Assembly: GCF_008831285.2 (NCBI RefSeq)
Contig: NC_045138.2
Location: 33,852,001 to 33,916,000, forward strand
DNA: 64,000 nt
Direction of reading: 5' to 3'
Source: Nymphaea colorata
Taxonomy: Eukaryota
Both the position numbers and the translations under genes were made by a program. Shown here one piece after another: positions 51,216-64,000 of this stretch (position 1 is its first letter; each line of letters begins with the position of its first letter). The notes under the pieces are model-generated. The model saw only the letters and a program-made list of their open reading frames with translations. It was not told the DNA's origin and made no database searches.

Positions 51216-51524
51216 CAGGTATGTAAACGGTTTGAATCCAGACTTTACTAAAATATTGGACTTTATAGGATTCCAAATATGCAGTCAGAATCTGACTCTT
51301 GCTCAAAACAAAATTCGGATTCAACTCCCATAATGTCCGGCATTTATTTGCAATTAGGTCAGATCTTTATCTCATCGCAATCAGATACCACACTCAAATT
51401 TGGATTCATGTTATGAAACTGCATACCAGATTTGGATCCATTCAGTAATTGGATCTAGATTGCCTTACCAAATCTTAATGAAAAGAGATTGACAACCAGA
51501 TATATCCTATCCATTTACTTCTCT
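51216..51524. mobile_element. Degenerate hAT-like MITE
   Basis: Ends caggtatgtaaacgg / ccatttacttctcta; internal gatcc/ggat repeats. Confidence 0.45.
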
Positions 51525-53333
51525 AGTCGACCGTTTTTAGCAATTTCAGGAATAGTGTAGCCACATTTGGAAATCCAGAAACACGAGACTGATCCTTGGA
51601 GTTATGGCAAAATTGCTGGATTTGAATGAAAAAAATTGCCCTATTTGACACCGGCATCTAATTAAGTGCCTTGCTCCCAGGGCTAGGTAGCTGGATCGGG
51701 TCATTTAAATCACAGCGACTCCTTGTTCGACATTGATGACCATCACTAGGGTTTTCCTTCATTAAGCTTTCAAGGTTGTGAAAGGGATGTGCGACCTAAC
51801 AGCCCAGCACCATCAAATATTAGAACAGGCCATTTAATGTTCTTCTCTTCGATTCAATTATGCATTACAAACAAGCCGAGCTTGAACAAACTAAGATCAA
51901 GGTAAAAATACAATAAACTCATCCAGAAGTTGGGCTTTTACTCTTCTAAGGGGAGTTGGATTGTCTCAATGCTGTTGCCATGGTGATGCTTCGTTTTTTT
52001 AATTCATCCCTGATCTATGAACAACAGACAGATCCACTCTGACATGCTTTGTTGCTATGGATAGATCTATCCCGTAGTTGTTCCAAGCCAGTTATTGAGT
52101 TGAAATGGTCGTGGTTTGAACTATAGTTAGCAAGCTCACCAAGTCGCCTACAAATCCGGCAACATGTCAAGGTTTGGGTGACGTAGAACTTGACTCGCCC
52201 TTGATTCAGCCCGACTTGTTCCTGACACGCCCTGACTCTCCTAAAATTTCTCGATGCAGCTGCAGTAAAAATACATTATGGTTATTTGAATACTCGATCG
52301 AGTCGACGAGTCAACTCGCTAACCCAATGATTCAATCATCTGCCGGTCCAAGATTGAATCACAGGTTTGCCGACCATGATTTGAACTGATATGTCATTGG
52401 AATAGCACACTTTTTCAAGCTACAGAGACTCAAATTTTGATTGGCATATAAGCTGGATAAGTTTGAGGCTTTTTTTTTTCTCTCTCTCTTTTCTAGTTTA
52501 AATACTTCAATAGGATGCCAGAGCTGGATCAACTCGAACTTAGGTCGTGTGCAAACTAAGCTCGACTCAATTTTATACAAGCGAACAAACCTTGAAGAAA
52601 TTAAGTCCCATACAAAGCGACTCACATAGCTCGTCTCGGGTTTAGTTTGCGGCCCTGAGCTCTGCCTGACTTATCTTAAACACTATTGAAGCCGATGGAG
52701 CCCACTTTTTTTTACAAGGCGAGGTGGTCAAGAAAGAAGGGTCTCTAACATTTTGGTTGCAACCACTCAGCTTAACCCAGGCTCATTATGGGTCAGGTAC
52801 GCGCTCACTTTATCCCAACCCAACTGTTTGTGACCTACCAGTAGCAATTTGAGCAAAAGTGGTTCAGTTGAAACACTGGTTCCGTTACTAAAAAATTCAT
52901 GCACTTGCGGTTTTAGTATTGCATCTGATAGGCAAATATTCCAAATCTCAACCACCAACTAATCTATGACTCATTATTTTTCCAATAAAGAATGTCTCCC
53001 CCAGTTGAATTACCAAATGTGACTTCTGTCTGTGCTTCTGACATATTACAAGCAGTTGATGAAATTTTAACCATATTTTATTCCCAAATTCCAGAACACC
53101 AACATCTAACCAATACGAATAATTAGCTACTAGGTCATCATTTTGACTCTAGAGTTTATATTGTTAGTCGCAATAGTAGAAAATTCAAGTGTAGAGATGA
53201 CCTACATCCAATTAATCCATGCTGAAATTGCAGAAATGCAAACAAGTTCTAAAACAACTTGCTGAATCATTTCATCAGCCAAGAAGATGAGTCTCAGAGT
53301 TCAAACTTACATTCCATATATATATATTTTTTT

Positions 53334-53516
53334 GTAGAGCTAGGAATTTTTAATTAAGGAGACCGAATTCAAAATTTTAACAAGGGCAAAGTAATTTTTT
53401 CAAAATTTTTGTACACGTTAAGTGAAAGTCTTTTAAATATACATGTATTTTTTTTTAAAAAAAAAATGTTTGAGGTGAGGCCATGGCCCCTGCGAGTCCC
53501 CTGGCTCCCCGCCCTG
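53334..53516. mobile_element. MITE (GGCTCC..GCCCTG end)
   Basis: Right end ggcccctgcgagtcccctggctccccgccctg, AT-rich core, left end gagctaggaatttt. Confidence 0.45.
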
Positions 53517-54189
53517 TATATATGTAGCAATTGGGACAATATTCCTTTTTCTTTAAGCTTCATGATGTTTGCTCTTATTAACATGAGCATTAGCATGGTT
53601 CGAGTATAATATTCATGGTGGAAAAGGGCCATGTTTGAGCACGAGGAGCCCTCAAGGTTTCTTTATTTTCATTTCTGTTTGACAAACGTCTCCTATCTCT
53701 GCCGTGGCGCGCACCAAACCTCTCGGGGTCGGCTCGGTTGACCGCTTTATACTGCGCTTAATTTCTAGGCGTTCATGAACACCTTTGGTCGTAATATATA
53801 CTTCCGTCTTTGTAGCGTGAAGAAGAACCATTATATTCTCTAATTAGTTCAAAAAGCAGGTGTACGAGTTTGAATGTCTAAGGGAACGAGGTTGCCCTCC
53901 ATATACGCAACAGACAGATTACTCAAACTTGAACAGCCATTTCCTGAACAAAAGAATAAGGAAAATCTTCCCTGTCCTTAACATAAAAACCAAGAAATTT
54001 TCTTACTTTGATGGCATCAATATGCGTCTGGATTTCCACGTTCTTCAAAGAAGGCACCAATCCCCATGTGATTGATCGATATTTTTGGCACATTCAGGAT
54101 CAGGAACTTCCATAATTACAGGAAAGGTGATGAATAATAAAACACATATACTTTTATATTTCCACTTGTCGCATTTCAAATTTAGTTGA

Positions 54190-54550
54190 AGTTAACGAAA
54201 CACCAAGAGCATGAAGTTGAAGTCTTGGATTTATGGTTCCACAGGCACACACATTGGTTGAACGAATCTTGAATAACCAGGATTTTCTGTCGTCAGAAAC
54301 AAGAGAAACATGACCGTCCACAACTTTCACACTTTTGTTGTCTATGCTTCTGAAGATATAGTAATTAAATGTCTCACCTATTGGTTGCACACAGACCTGC
54401 AGGTGATTGGCCCCTCAACTTTGTTGGTTAAACGTCATACAGAAGAGCCAGTTTGTTGGTTAGACTTATCCAAGGCATTGGACGTCACAAGTATAATGGG
54501 AGCTTCCTTCTTGGTGGATTTGTCGCCACAACAAGAGAAAAGTTAAAATG
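54190..54550 (+). mobile_element. Possible degraded LINE zf-RVT region
   Basis: Broken translation with MKLKSW...FCCLCF...SHLL resembles the zf-RVT pattern K.F.W...C.LC...HL. Several stops. Confidence 0.3.
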
Positions 54551-55449
54551 ATGAACAATATTTTGAATTCATAAACATTCAATACTCTATTTTTCTCTAC
54601 TTTGTTGACATTTTATATGTATATGCGTATAAATATAAAACACATACTTAGGTCCACCAATCAACGTCGTTCGTTTATCAATAATGTGTCCTTCCCTCTG
54701 GAGATCAGGATTGTATGCGAAGCCACAATCGCATGAACCGGGGACAATATCTTGAGGTTTTCAAATAGAAAGATATTGCATCAACTATGCTAATAAAGAA
54801 AACCCTTCTTCCCTCAATTATTGATCCGCCACATCTATTTCTCTTGGTGGTTACTACGGGTTTGATATTCAAGCAACTGTGACAACGACTTGCAGGACTT
54901 GTAGGGCATGCGTCTTGGAGCTTTATCTGATTGAGACAAAACTTATAAATCATGAACGACAAGTTGTATATCCTTGGTAAGATATCGCTACTCTCTTTTT
55001 CCTCTTCTTGTTATTACATAATAAATTCCACGATTTGTCTTTTGAAAACAGGAGTTGGTGTTATGTACAGGTACCCTTCTCGATATTACTGTAATATTCC
55101 TCAAGACGAATTATAGTTCACATTTTGAAAATGATTTATTTTCGTGGGTGCAATTAAGGTGGAAGAAGTAAGCAAAGATAATAACAATTAAAATCTGAAC
55201 ATCATAAAAAGGTTTAAATATCCAGCTCTAAATTACATATATAGTTGCTCAACCCATCTACCTCTAGCTAGATCGTCCTAAATCTCTGTATTCTATATAC
55301 TATTTCTTCCGACTTTATGAAGATACACTTTTATACATGGTCAAGGAACTAGCGAGCTAGTACCTCAAGTAGGTGTGAGCTCACGCTCGGCCCAATTGGG
55401 ATAAGCCGAATTTGAACAACCTCGTTTTGGCTTGTCTACCAGCAGATGA

Positions 55450-55590
55450 TAGGGATGTCAACCGATCGGATTTGAATCGAATATACCATTAACTGTATCC
55501 AGTTTTTTACATACTCACATGTTGGGATTCACATACAAGCAAAGAAAAGTCATATCTGAATGGAATCTAAATCCAAAATCCATACAAACT
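55450..55590. mobile_element. Truncated hAT-like MITE end
   Basis: TAGGGATGTCAA (Ac-like TIR) followed by gatcggatttgaatcg as in 48236-48571. Confidence 0.55.
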
Positions 55591-57653
55591 AGATGCATAA
55601 ATAAATACTGCAAACTGGTGCCCTGCATGCTAGACTATAGATAGGGGGGATCACGCCTATTCCATTAAAGCTGAAAGAATTAAAAAATGAAAGAATAATG
55701 TGTTGAGAATTTGCTATTGCTAATCATCGTTACCGAAGGAAATTCCAAGTGATTGAAGTTAGTTGAAGCACTAGTTAATCTTTCCCCTGAAGACTTCGCT
55801 GATATAAATATTGTGTATTGAGTACATCGTGTCCCGAAAAGCTTCCCAGAAACATGTGGGCTTTCTGGTCGACAACTCTCTTACTTTTCTTACACTTCTT
55901 GAAGTAGACTTTTCAGTTTCGTGGCCGTAGGGTTTGAATGTGAAAGGGAATACGCCATGTTAGTGGTTTGCATTAATCCACTAAATGTGCGAATCTTGAA
56001 TTGATTAAGTACAGCAAATTGCAGATTATCGAACAAGTAATCCGTTTCATGTGAAAGCTTGCTTAATTTTTTTTTTTTAATTATTTTCATATGTTAAATT
56101 TAAATCCATTACAACTTCTAAATCATTTCCATCTTCATGAATTGCAAGCCATTTTTAAGAGACTCAAAATGGACGATGGGGATTTCAAATCTCTTCCTGA
56201 AACAGATTTGGCATTCCTTACCAAGGAAAGGTGGCCCAAAAGGGCATATTCACTTTAAAGATGGGAGGCCCCTCTGCTCTACACCATTAAAAATATTCAG
56301 ATGCTTTATTCTTTTTCATCCTGGACCTCTTCCAATAACGTCGACTCCACGGACAGCCGGATATGGATATGGATCAACGTCATTATTGGACCCTCCTTGA
56401 TGTGGACTTGCCCTGTATCGAACCCGGTGGAGGTGATCGCTGATTTTCGGACTCGAACTGTGGGTAAGTTCGACTCGCCGAATCAATGCAACTGTAGTTC
56501 AATCTGCTGCTTAAGCTCAGCTGCTAAACAACTGGATCCTCCATTGGATCTGAAAATGAATCGGATCAACCACCATATATGCAGTCAAAATTGAAGTTAG
56601 TCCAGTTCAAGGCAGGGTTTGTCCGGGTCCGAGTAAGTGTACCGTTGTTGCTTGCTGACCCAACTTTCATGGGATGATCAATCCCCCGGCCCCGGTTAGT
56701 GTAACTGGTCCAGATTCTAACCAATTAGATGCTGACTATTCTCGTGTCGGGTCAGATATGAGATACCGGGTGGTCCACATTTTGATAGGAGCTCTATCAC
56801 CAGCTCAAGAGGAAGGCCGGGTCTGTCATGGGCGGGCGCTCAAGCCTTAGAGGTGGGCTTGATTCACACTAAGCCCAAGGCTAAAGTGCGCACACACACA
56901 TATATATATATATAGGCACGACCACGGTAGCCGGCTGGGCCTACAAGTCTTATCTGATAGAGGACAGTTTATTACAAGCCGTGATCCGATAAACCTACAA
57001 GTCTTACACATCTCAAACCGTCGGTCTCGGGGTTGTAGACCAACAACTGCAAAGCGGTCACGTTGGTTTGGATTCTTAGTTGTACCAAATCCACATCCGA
57101 TGAGACCTGGCATTTTAGGGTTCGTTATGCTCCAATAAACCCATTTCATAATCCATACCCGGTGATCCAAATTAGTTTGTGATAATATCTAATATGGTCC
57201 TGTACATGGGTTATAAAAAAAAAAAAAAAAGATGGGGACGTTAAGCAAAGAAGAGGGTGGATTTGCTGCTAGCTGCCTCGATTTGACCTTTTCTCTTCTT
57301 GTTTAAGATTCTTTTAGAAACAATTCCAAAACCACCTGATCTACAACTAAAATTATAGTTGGGTGCTTATTTTGAAGGAGAAATTCTGCTCTGCTTATTT
57401 TCTTAATTTCTGAGGAAAGAAAAAAGTGACATGACGCAAAATGTGCGGTAAAATGCAATATTTGATAATAAGGCACTCTCCTTATATATACTTTTTTTCC
57501 CTATAAAAAATTAAATGTGCGGTCAGCCACTAAATTCTGATGATTCTTGTGAAGAGGAACAAGTAGAAACATAAACACCAACTCGTGCGTTTGTTTAATA
57601 TGTGCCCTCCACTTAAAAGGACAGATGTGAAGAATCCAAGAAACATTCAACGC

Positions 57654-57697
<44 letters not shown>

Positions 57698-59325
57698 GCG
57701 ATGAACCCATAGGGCCCATAGGGCCCAACTTCAAGGCAGACAGTTCGGATATTTATTTTAGTACCGAAATAGATACCACCCATATTAGCAAATATACCAG
57801 TCTGGATTTGAAATTTATTTGGATACCAATCCATATGGGGTTTCGCAAACAAGTACCACTGTCTACTTTTACGTCGACATCATCTTCATTCTGATGGGTA
57901 GAAATTGTTCAAATCCCCAACAGATTCTGTACATAGTTCCGTGCAACATCAAATCATAATCTAAACGCCGTTCAATGAAGCTGGATTCGCTATTTATTAG
58001 TGTTCCCATTTATCGAAAATGATTTTCATCGAAAAAAAAAAACTACCGTGTTTAGAATTTTTTTTTGCAGCCCATTTAGAGCCACAGACAGAAGTACGTT
58101 AGAAACTTAGTTTTTAAGCACCAAAAGAGGTTTTGTTTTGTCAATTAGTTTTAGGGTGGTTAACCTAAATTTTGCATCCATCAAGAGTGTTTCGGCAAAT
58201 TGTTAAAAATATAACAGTTGATGTGAGTATCACGATAAACGCAGGGGTTTTAAAGGTAAATCGGCTTTTCTTCTGTGTTACTCTAAAATGAAGTTGTGCT
58301 CACTGACCGGCGAAGCGATTTATGAGCCAAGTTTGATTGATTACGTGTTCAACGACAAGAGGGCAGTAGAGGTATTACGAGAACGTTGGTGGGGCAATTT
58401 GGTACTTGTGGTTTCGGTTCTCGCGGGGTCGCGGGTAAAGCGATGCCGCGTTAAATGATCGAACGGCGATCCACGCCGTTGGTTTTTTTAAACGAAAGTG
58501 AAGGACATTAAAGGTTTTCGCTTTCTCTGCACCGTGAGAGACGACGACTCCTCTGTTCCACCTCTCTCTCTGTGGTGGCTCGCTGTGTGTACAATTTTCA
58601 TCAGTGTTCCCTCCATTAAACCCTAATTCTCCGTAGATCCTCGTCAGCTGTTGTACTTTCTACGTAGTTCTCGGGAAGCACACCGGCGGCTCTGTTTCGG
58701 AGGAAATTTTGGGCTCTGATCGGGTCGTGATCTCGTGATTCCGCGCCTCCTCTTTCTCTCTGAATTTCTGCGGATTCCGGCAGGTTTTGGAGCTTCCTTC
58801 GATCTGAGACCGTGTTTTCTCTTTGTGTATGTGGATTTGACTTGTTTTTTGGTGAAGTCGTCGCGCCGAGTTCTAGTTTTGACGATATTTTTGGGATGCT
58901 TTAGCTTCAGTTTCGAGAGTTTTTGAGAATTGTTTGGTTGAGTGTCGCTTTTTTGCCTGTGCTTCGTTCTGTTTGGAGTTTCGGATGGACGGCAATGAGC
59001 TTCAACTTAAGGAATGAGATTTCTTTGCTAAATTTGGCTCCTGCTTTTCTGGTACTTTTTGAATAGGATGTTAAAGCAGACCTTTTACTTGTAGCCAGGT
59101 ATGGCAATTTATTTCGTACTTCACGGGTGATCGTTGGGTCCTGCTGTTTCTGCTTCAATTTTAGTTAGTCTGTTTACTGCTTGAGGCGAAATTGCTTGAG
59201 AATGAGTCGTGAACTGGAAAATATAAGAGCATATTAGGTTAGCAAGTATTCTCGTTGTTTTCTATATAGTTGAGCTTCGGAAGCTTGCAGTCCATCTCAA
59301 CAGAAACCGCACCTAAATGAACAAC

Positions 59326-59742
59326 TCTCCCAAACGGTCGTTCAACGTTCAGTTATATAGAACTGAGATTTTCTTTCCCTATACAACTTAATTGTTTGCC
59401 TTAGATGCTTCATTGCTCAAATGCTTTCTTGGTGAAACTCTCTGCTCAGGAGGCGATGGTTATCCCCTTTACTGGCACGGAGATGCAAATGATTGCAGCA
59501 GTTGAGATTACACTGTTTGTTTTACCTCCGTACTGCGTTGAACATGTATATCTTTAGATCTTCTGTCGCTCGGTCACTGTAGAATGACCTTCAACCTTCA
59601 GTGCTAAAATGAGCGGAGGCGTTTGTGTTCTTGTCTGGTGATACATTCTTAACCTTGAAAATGTTATTGGATCAACTCTCATTTCTGATGTCCTTATTAA
59701 AGGTTTGAATTGAGATCTTGCACACTCTAGCATTTTAGCAAA
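59326..59742 (+). repeat. About 400-bp dispersed repeat, copy 2, inside the probable CRLK 5'UTR intron
   Basis: Collinear with 49828-50229. Segment 59570-59604 also matches 49666-49700 in inverted orientation. Confidence 0.9.
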
Positions 59743-60452
59743 TGATAGACGCTTGCCTTTCCAGGATGCACAATATACCCTCTATTCCAAAGCCAAAAAA
59801 GTGCTATCCAGTTGTAGAAGAGGAGATTTGTGACCATTTGGCTTAGAATGAAAATGGTAGTCATTCGGTGCTTAGAATGTAGGAGGAACGATTAAATGGT
59901 TTTTTGCTATTATTTAGTAAGACTACCATTTTTATATGCATTATTTATAATACGACCAGCACTCGTGGTGCCTGCTTGACAAACATTTCTTCCTAAGTGA
60001 TGTTTCTTTTTTATATGTCATCTTTTGCTTTTCTAGTGCTTGAGCTATTGTGAAGTAAAGTTGATTCTGACATGACAACGCTTGGCCTATATTGAGAATG
60101 AGGTGAAGAATGAATCCTGTTAGAACATGTTAACAGAATAGACTCCACACTCGTGGTGCCTGCTTGACCATAACTTATGTTGTTCTGGTTTATCTCCCAT
60201 TTGCGGAGTAAACTAGCAAGTTGAATATTTATATGAATCTCTAATGGGGGGAATAGGTTTTACATGACTGCTTATGCCTTTGAACTGCACTACTAGATAA
60301 TTCCCTTTTATGATGGTTTTGACTCAATATTGAATTTTTCTATATACTGCATGTTTTTAACCTGTTGCCTTCTTGATTCTGCCGTTCTTTTCTCTGCAGG
60401 AATTTATATGGGTAAAAGATTGAATTTGAGTGGTACTTCCTAATGTATAGCA

Positions 60453-60920
60453 ATGAGAGGAATATCACAGGGATTGATAATCGGGATAACTATAGGAGTT
60501 GTAATAGGCCTGTCTTTGGCTGTATTTGCTCTCCTTTGTGTTCGATATCGACGAAGACGTGCACAGATCAGTAGCAGCAGTTCACGAAGAAACACCACCA
60601 TCCCTATTCGCATCAATGGCGTGGATGCTAGTACGATATTGTCTGATTCAACCATCGGCCAGGATTCTCCAAAACATTCTGATGCCAATGTCATGTCATT
60701 CTGGTTCGATGGTCCTAAAAGAAAGAGTTTAACTTCTATGTCTGGGATACCCAAATATTCATACAGGTACCTCTGTCCAACATACACTTATCAGTATCTT
60801 GCGTTGTCTAGAGACAGTATACATTTCTCTCTCTATCGCTATAAGTAAGGGAGAAAGTTGTGCTGATACAGAATGGTGTATGATAAGGGGGTGTGAAAGG
60901 TTTGCAGAGTTGCATGTACG

Positions 60921-60951
<31 letters not shown>

Positions 60952-63919
60952 GATATAATTTAGATGTGTAATTCCTTTGATTGATACTTTTCCTGCCAAA
61001 TATTCACAGGGATCTACAGAAAGCCACTCATAACTTCAATACATTAATAGGTCAGGGAGCATTTGGTCCAGTTTATAAAGCAGAGATGCCTGGTGGTGAA
61101 ACTGTTGCTGTTAAAGTACTTGCTAAAAATTCTAAGCAAGGAGAAAAAGAGTTCCATACAGAGGTAGCTCACTGGGATCAATATTCTTGGTGGTTTGTCT
61201 TATTGTTAGTTATCCTTCTTTTTCACTTGGAACTACTGAGATGAGGAGTGGCTCCTCATTGGAGGTTGACCTGGGGTCATTTGTTTTCTAGTCTGAGTCC
61301 ATTATTCTTTCCATCTTATTTAAGCAACAGTTTCCTCTTTATCCTAAATTCGTTATCGGGAATTCAATTGTAAACTGGCATTTATCTCTTTATTCTAAAT
61401 TGTTATTGGGAACTTAATGACAAAGTGGTATTTAGGAAAACAGAAAAGAAAATCTTGGTTGCAGTGCTGAACAAAAACTTTTTAGAATTTAATTTCAAGG
61501 TTAAATGGCCTAATGATATGACGGTTGCAAGTTGAGTTCTCTTTTTTCTGTTTCTTACCTGATTTTGTTCTTGATTGTTCCACTTCATTATGTAAAGAAA
61601 GTGGTCTTAGTCAATTACTTATGAGAAAAAAAAACGATCCTTTTCTTCTATTTCCAGGTTCTACTTCTTGGAAGGTTACATCACAGGAACCTTGTAAATT
61701 TGGTGGGGTATTGTACTGAAAAGGGTCAGAACATGCTTGTATATGTCTACATGTGTAATGGCAGCCTTGCTTCTCATTTATACGGTAAGTGGAATCATCA
61801 TTTCCAATAGGGTGTGTATAATGCACCTGTTGTGTTATAATTCAAATACCAAAGCCAATTTACTAGCATTTTGTTGACTCTATGGAGCCAAAATCTGAAA
61901 CCAAATAATGTAACTTTTTATAAAGTAACCAACATGATATGCAGAAGATGATAAGTATTACTTTCTTAGCAGTGCTTTACGAAGGGAAAATTAATTCATT
62001 CTGGTTATGTGTGCCTCTGGACTCATCCATGTTTTTGTATAGAAATGCAAAATTTTATGCTTGCCATCTTAGTTTAGATTTTACTTTTTTCTGTGGCGAA
62101 CAACTATTTCATTTATCCCACTGTAATTGGAATTTCCTGTAGTAACCTGGTAACTTCGCAGTATTGCAAAGAAAGAGAAGAGTTGATCTCTCCTGAGGTT
62201 GTTTATGTCTATCTTTTTATCCTCAGAGAAAACCAGCAGCATGATCTCTTTGTTTTGATGGCTCGTCCATTGATGATATCTTTATGGTAGTGATAAATTC
62301 AAAACACCAAGAGAACTTAAGCTTGTCCTGATTGTCATGGTTTGCCAAATTCTTCTGATGGTCATTCTAGATTGTCTGATTTTCTGGACATGCAGACTTA
62401 AAACGTGAACCTTTGAAATGGGAGCTTAGAGTACTTATAGCACAGGATGTGGCAAGGGGCTTGGAGTACCTTCATGATGGCGTAAGGCTTGTTATAGCAG
62501 TTTATTGAATGTCTAAAGCTTTAACTTTTGCTTATTTCTGGACTCAACTGTCTTTACAGGCTGTTCCTCCAGTTTTGCATCGAGATATAAAGTCTGGTAA
62601 CATACTACTGGATAAGTCCATGAGAGCCAGGGTATGGAATTTCCACATCTTGAAAGAATTTGCTCTTATTTATTTTCTACTTTCTGGGCGTGTAGATCAG
62701 CAAAATAATGCCTAATGAGGTATAACAAACTGAGACTGAAAATTCAGGATAGAAAATGATTCCTGAATTTTCTTGTTGGTCATTGTCTATGCCTACAGGT
62801 TGTAGGGGTTAGTTTGATACTTGTATAATATGCTTTGTGGTTCCCAAATTTCGAGCATTCCTGAATCATTCACTAACGCATTCTTGACCAGGTGGCTGAT
62901 TTTGGGCTTTCAAGAGAGGAAGCAGTTAGTCAACGGGCTAATGATATCAGGGGTACTTACGGATATCTTGACCCTGATTATATATCAACAAGGTCTTACA
63001 CCAAGAAGAGTGATGTTTACAGCTTTGGAGTGTTGCTTTTTGAATTGATCACGGGCAAAAACCCCAATCAGGGCCTTCTCGAGTTAGTAGACCTTGTAAT
63101 GCTTCTTTCAGCTTCAACCTTTTTTATTTTGAGAGTCTGCTGCATTTGCATAAAGTAAAACCTGTCACATTTCTCTTTGTTGCTAGAAATTTTCATGATC
63201 TCATAATCAGCTATCGTCTCATCAAGCCTATCACTCAATACCATCTCATTTAGGAGATGTAACTCCATAGATTCTGCATGCACAGAATATTTGTATCACC
63301 TTTCAATTACTCAGTATATACTAGTGGAGTTCAGTTGGACTGATTCTGAAATTGCTGCTAAACATACTACGCCAGAATAAAATTTGCTGTTACTTGCAGC
63401 TGATTTAATGCAAGGGCATATACTCATGCCAAAAGGAACATATTGCCATTGTTCATTGTTGATAAATTTATTATTGACATTGTTGTTGCTGCAAACTATT
63501 CTGTCACGGTGGTGCAGTTAGTTGGATAACTAAATTTTTATTACCTGAAAGGATCCTCACTCCAGTGTTTTCTAATTCACTATTCCCATGCTTAGGCTGC
63601 ATTAAATGCTGAAGGAAAAGGTGGTTGGGAGGAAATTGTTGATCCTCGGATTGACCGGAATTATGACACTGAAGAATTGAATGGTATGGCAATGCTTGCG
63701 TACAAATGCATGAACCGCTTGCCACGGAGGAGGCCAGCAATGGGTGAGATAGTGCAGGCTCTTTCACGAATCCACAGGCCAAGGCAGAGCAGGGGCCATA
63801 CACCAACAATGTCTATGGACACTGCTTTAGAAATGAGCCAGCTAGAATCTCAGATTCCAAATGGGCAGCTACTCAGAGGAGAATCTGTTGACCGCATGGC
63901 AGTTCCCACAGAAGTTTAG
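60453..63919 (+). CDS. CRLK1: Calcium/calmodulin-regulated receptor-like kinase 1-like, 426 aa
   Basis: N-terminal TM GLIIGITIGVVIGLSLAVFALLC and IPIRINGVDAS motif; kinase motifs GQGAFGPVYKA, VAVKVL, HRDIKSGNILL, VADFGLSREE and GTYGYLDPDY. Exons 60453-60766, 61010-61163, 61658-61784, 62396-62481, 62560-62631, 62892-63095 and 63596-63919 (1281 nt). Probable 5'UTR exon at about 58520-58782 with an intron to 60399. Confidence 0.93.
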
Positions 63920-64000
63920 ACGAACCATTAGTTCTCTATTGTTTGTTATATGAACATACTGCATTTTGTAAAAGAAGGAGAAAAGGAAAAAAAGTTTTAA

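Noticed and set aside
59960..60168. 21-bp direct repeat cactcgtggtgcctgcttgac at about 59960 and 60148
   Set aside because: Real, but only two copies with unrelated intervening sequence; no TIRs or function inferable.

Overview
Plant (angiosperm) nuclear genomic DNA with spliceosomal GT-AG genes, MITEs and microsatellites. I reconstructed seven intact protein-coding genes by hand from splice sites and translations: ATXR3/SDG2 histone H3K4 methyltransferase (+, 19 coding exons, about 2267 aa), DPM2 (+), an OCT4-like organic cation/carnitine transporter (-), ribosomal protein eL13/RPL13 (+), an intronless bHLH117-like factor (+), a PAT1-subfamily CIGR1-like GRAS factor (-) and a CRLK1-like receptor-like kinase (+). 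A heavily deleted OCT pseudogene copy lies upstream of the intact OCT gene. The roughly 15 kb gene-poor spacer between the divergently transcribed GRAS and CRLK genes holds hAT-type MITEs and probable degraded LINE remnants. The most unusual signal is a 75-bp-arm fold-back at 49741-49916 whose mismatches are strongly biased to G:U pairs on the minus strand. It is built from sequence that also occurs in the 5'UTR intron of the neighbouring CRLK gene, so it is a candidate young inverted-duplication miRNA/hpRNA locus with a built-in cis target. Dense uORF arrangements precede the GRAS, CRLK and ATXR3 starts. No rRNA, tRNA or CRISPR was seen. All calls are by eye; no database searches or folding programs were run.
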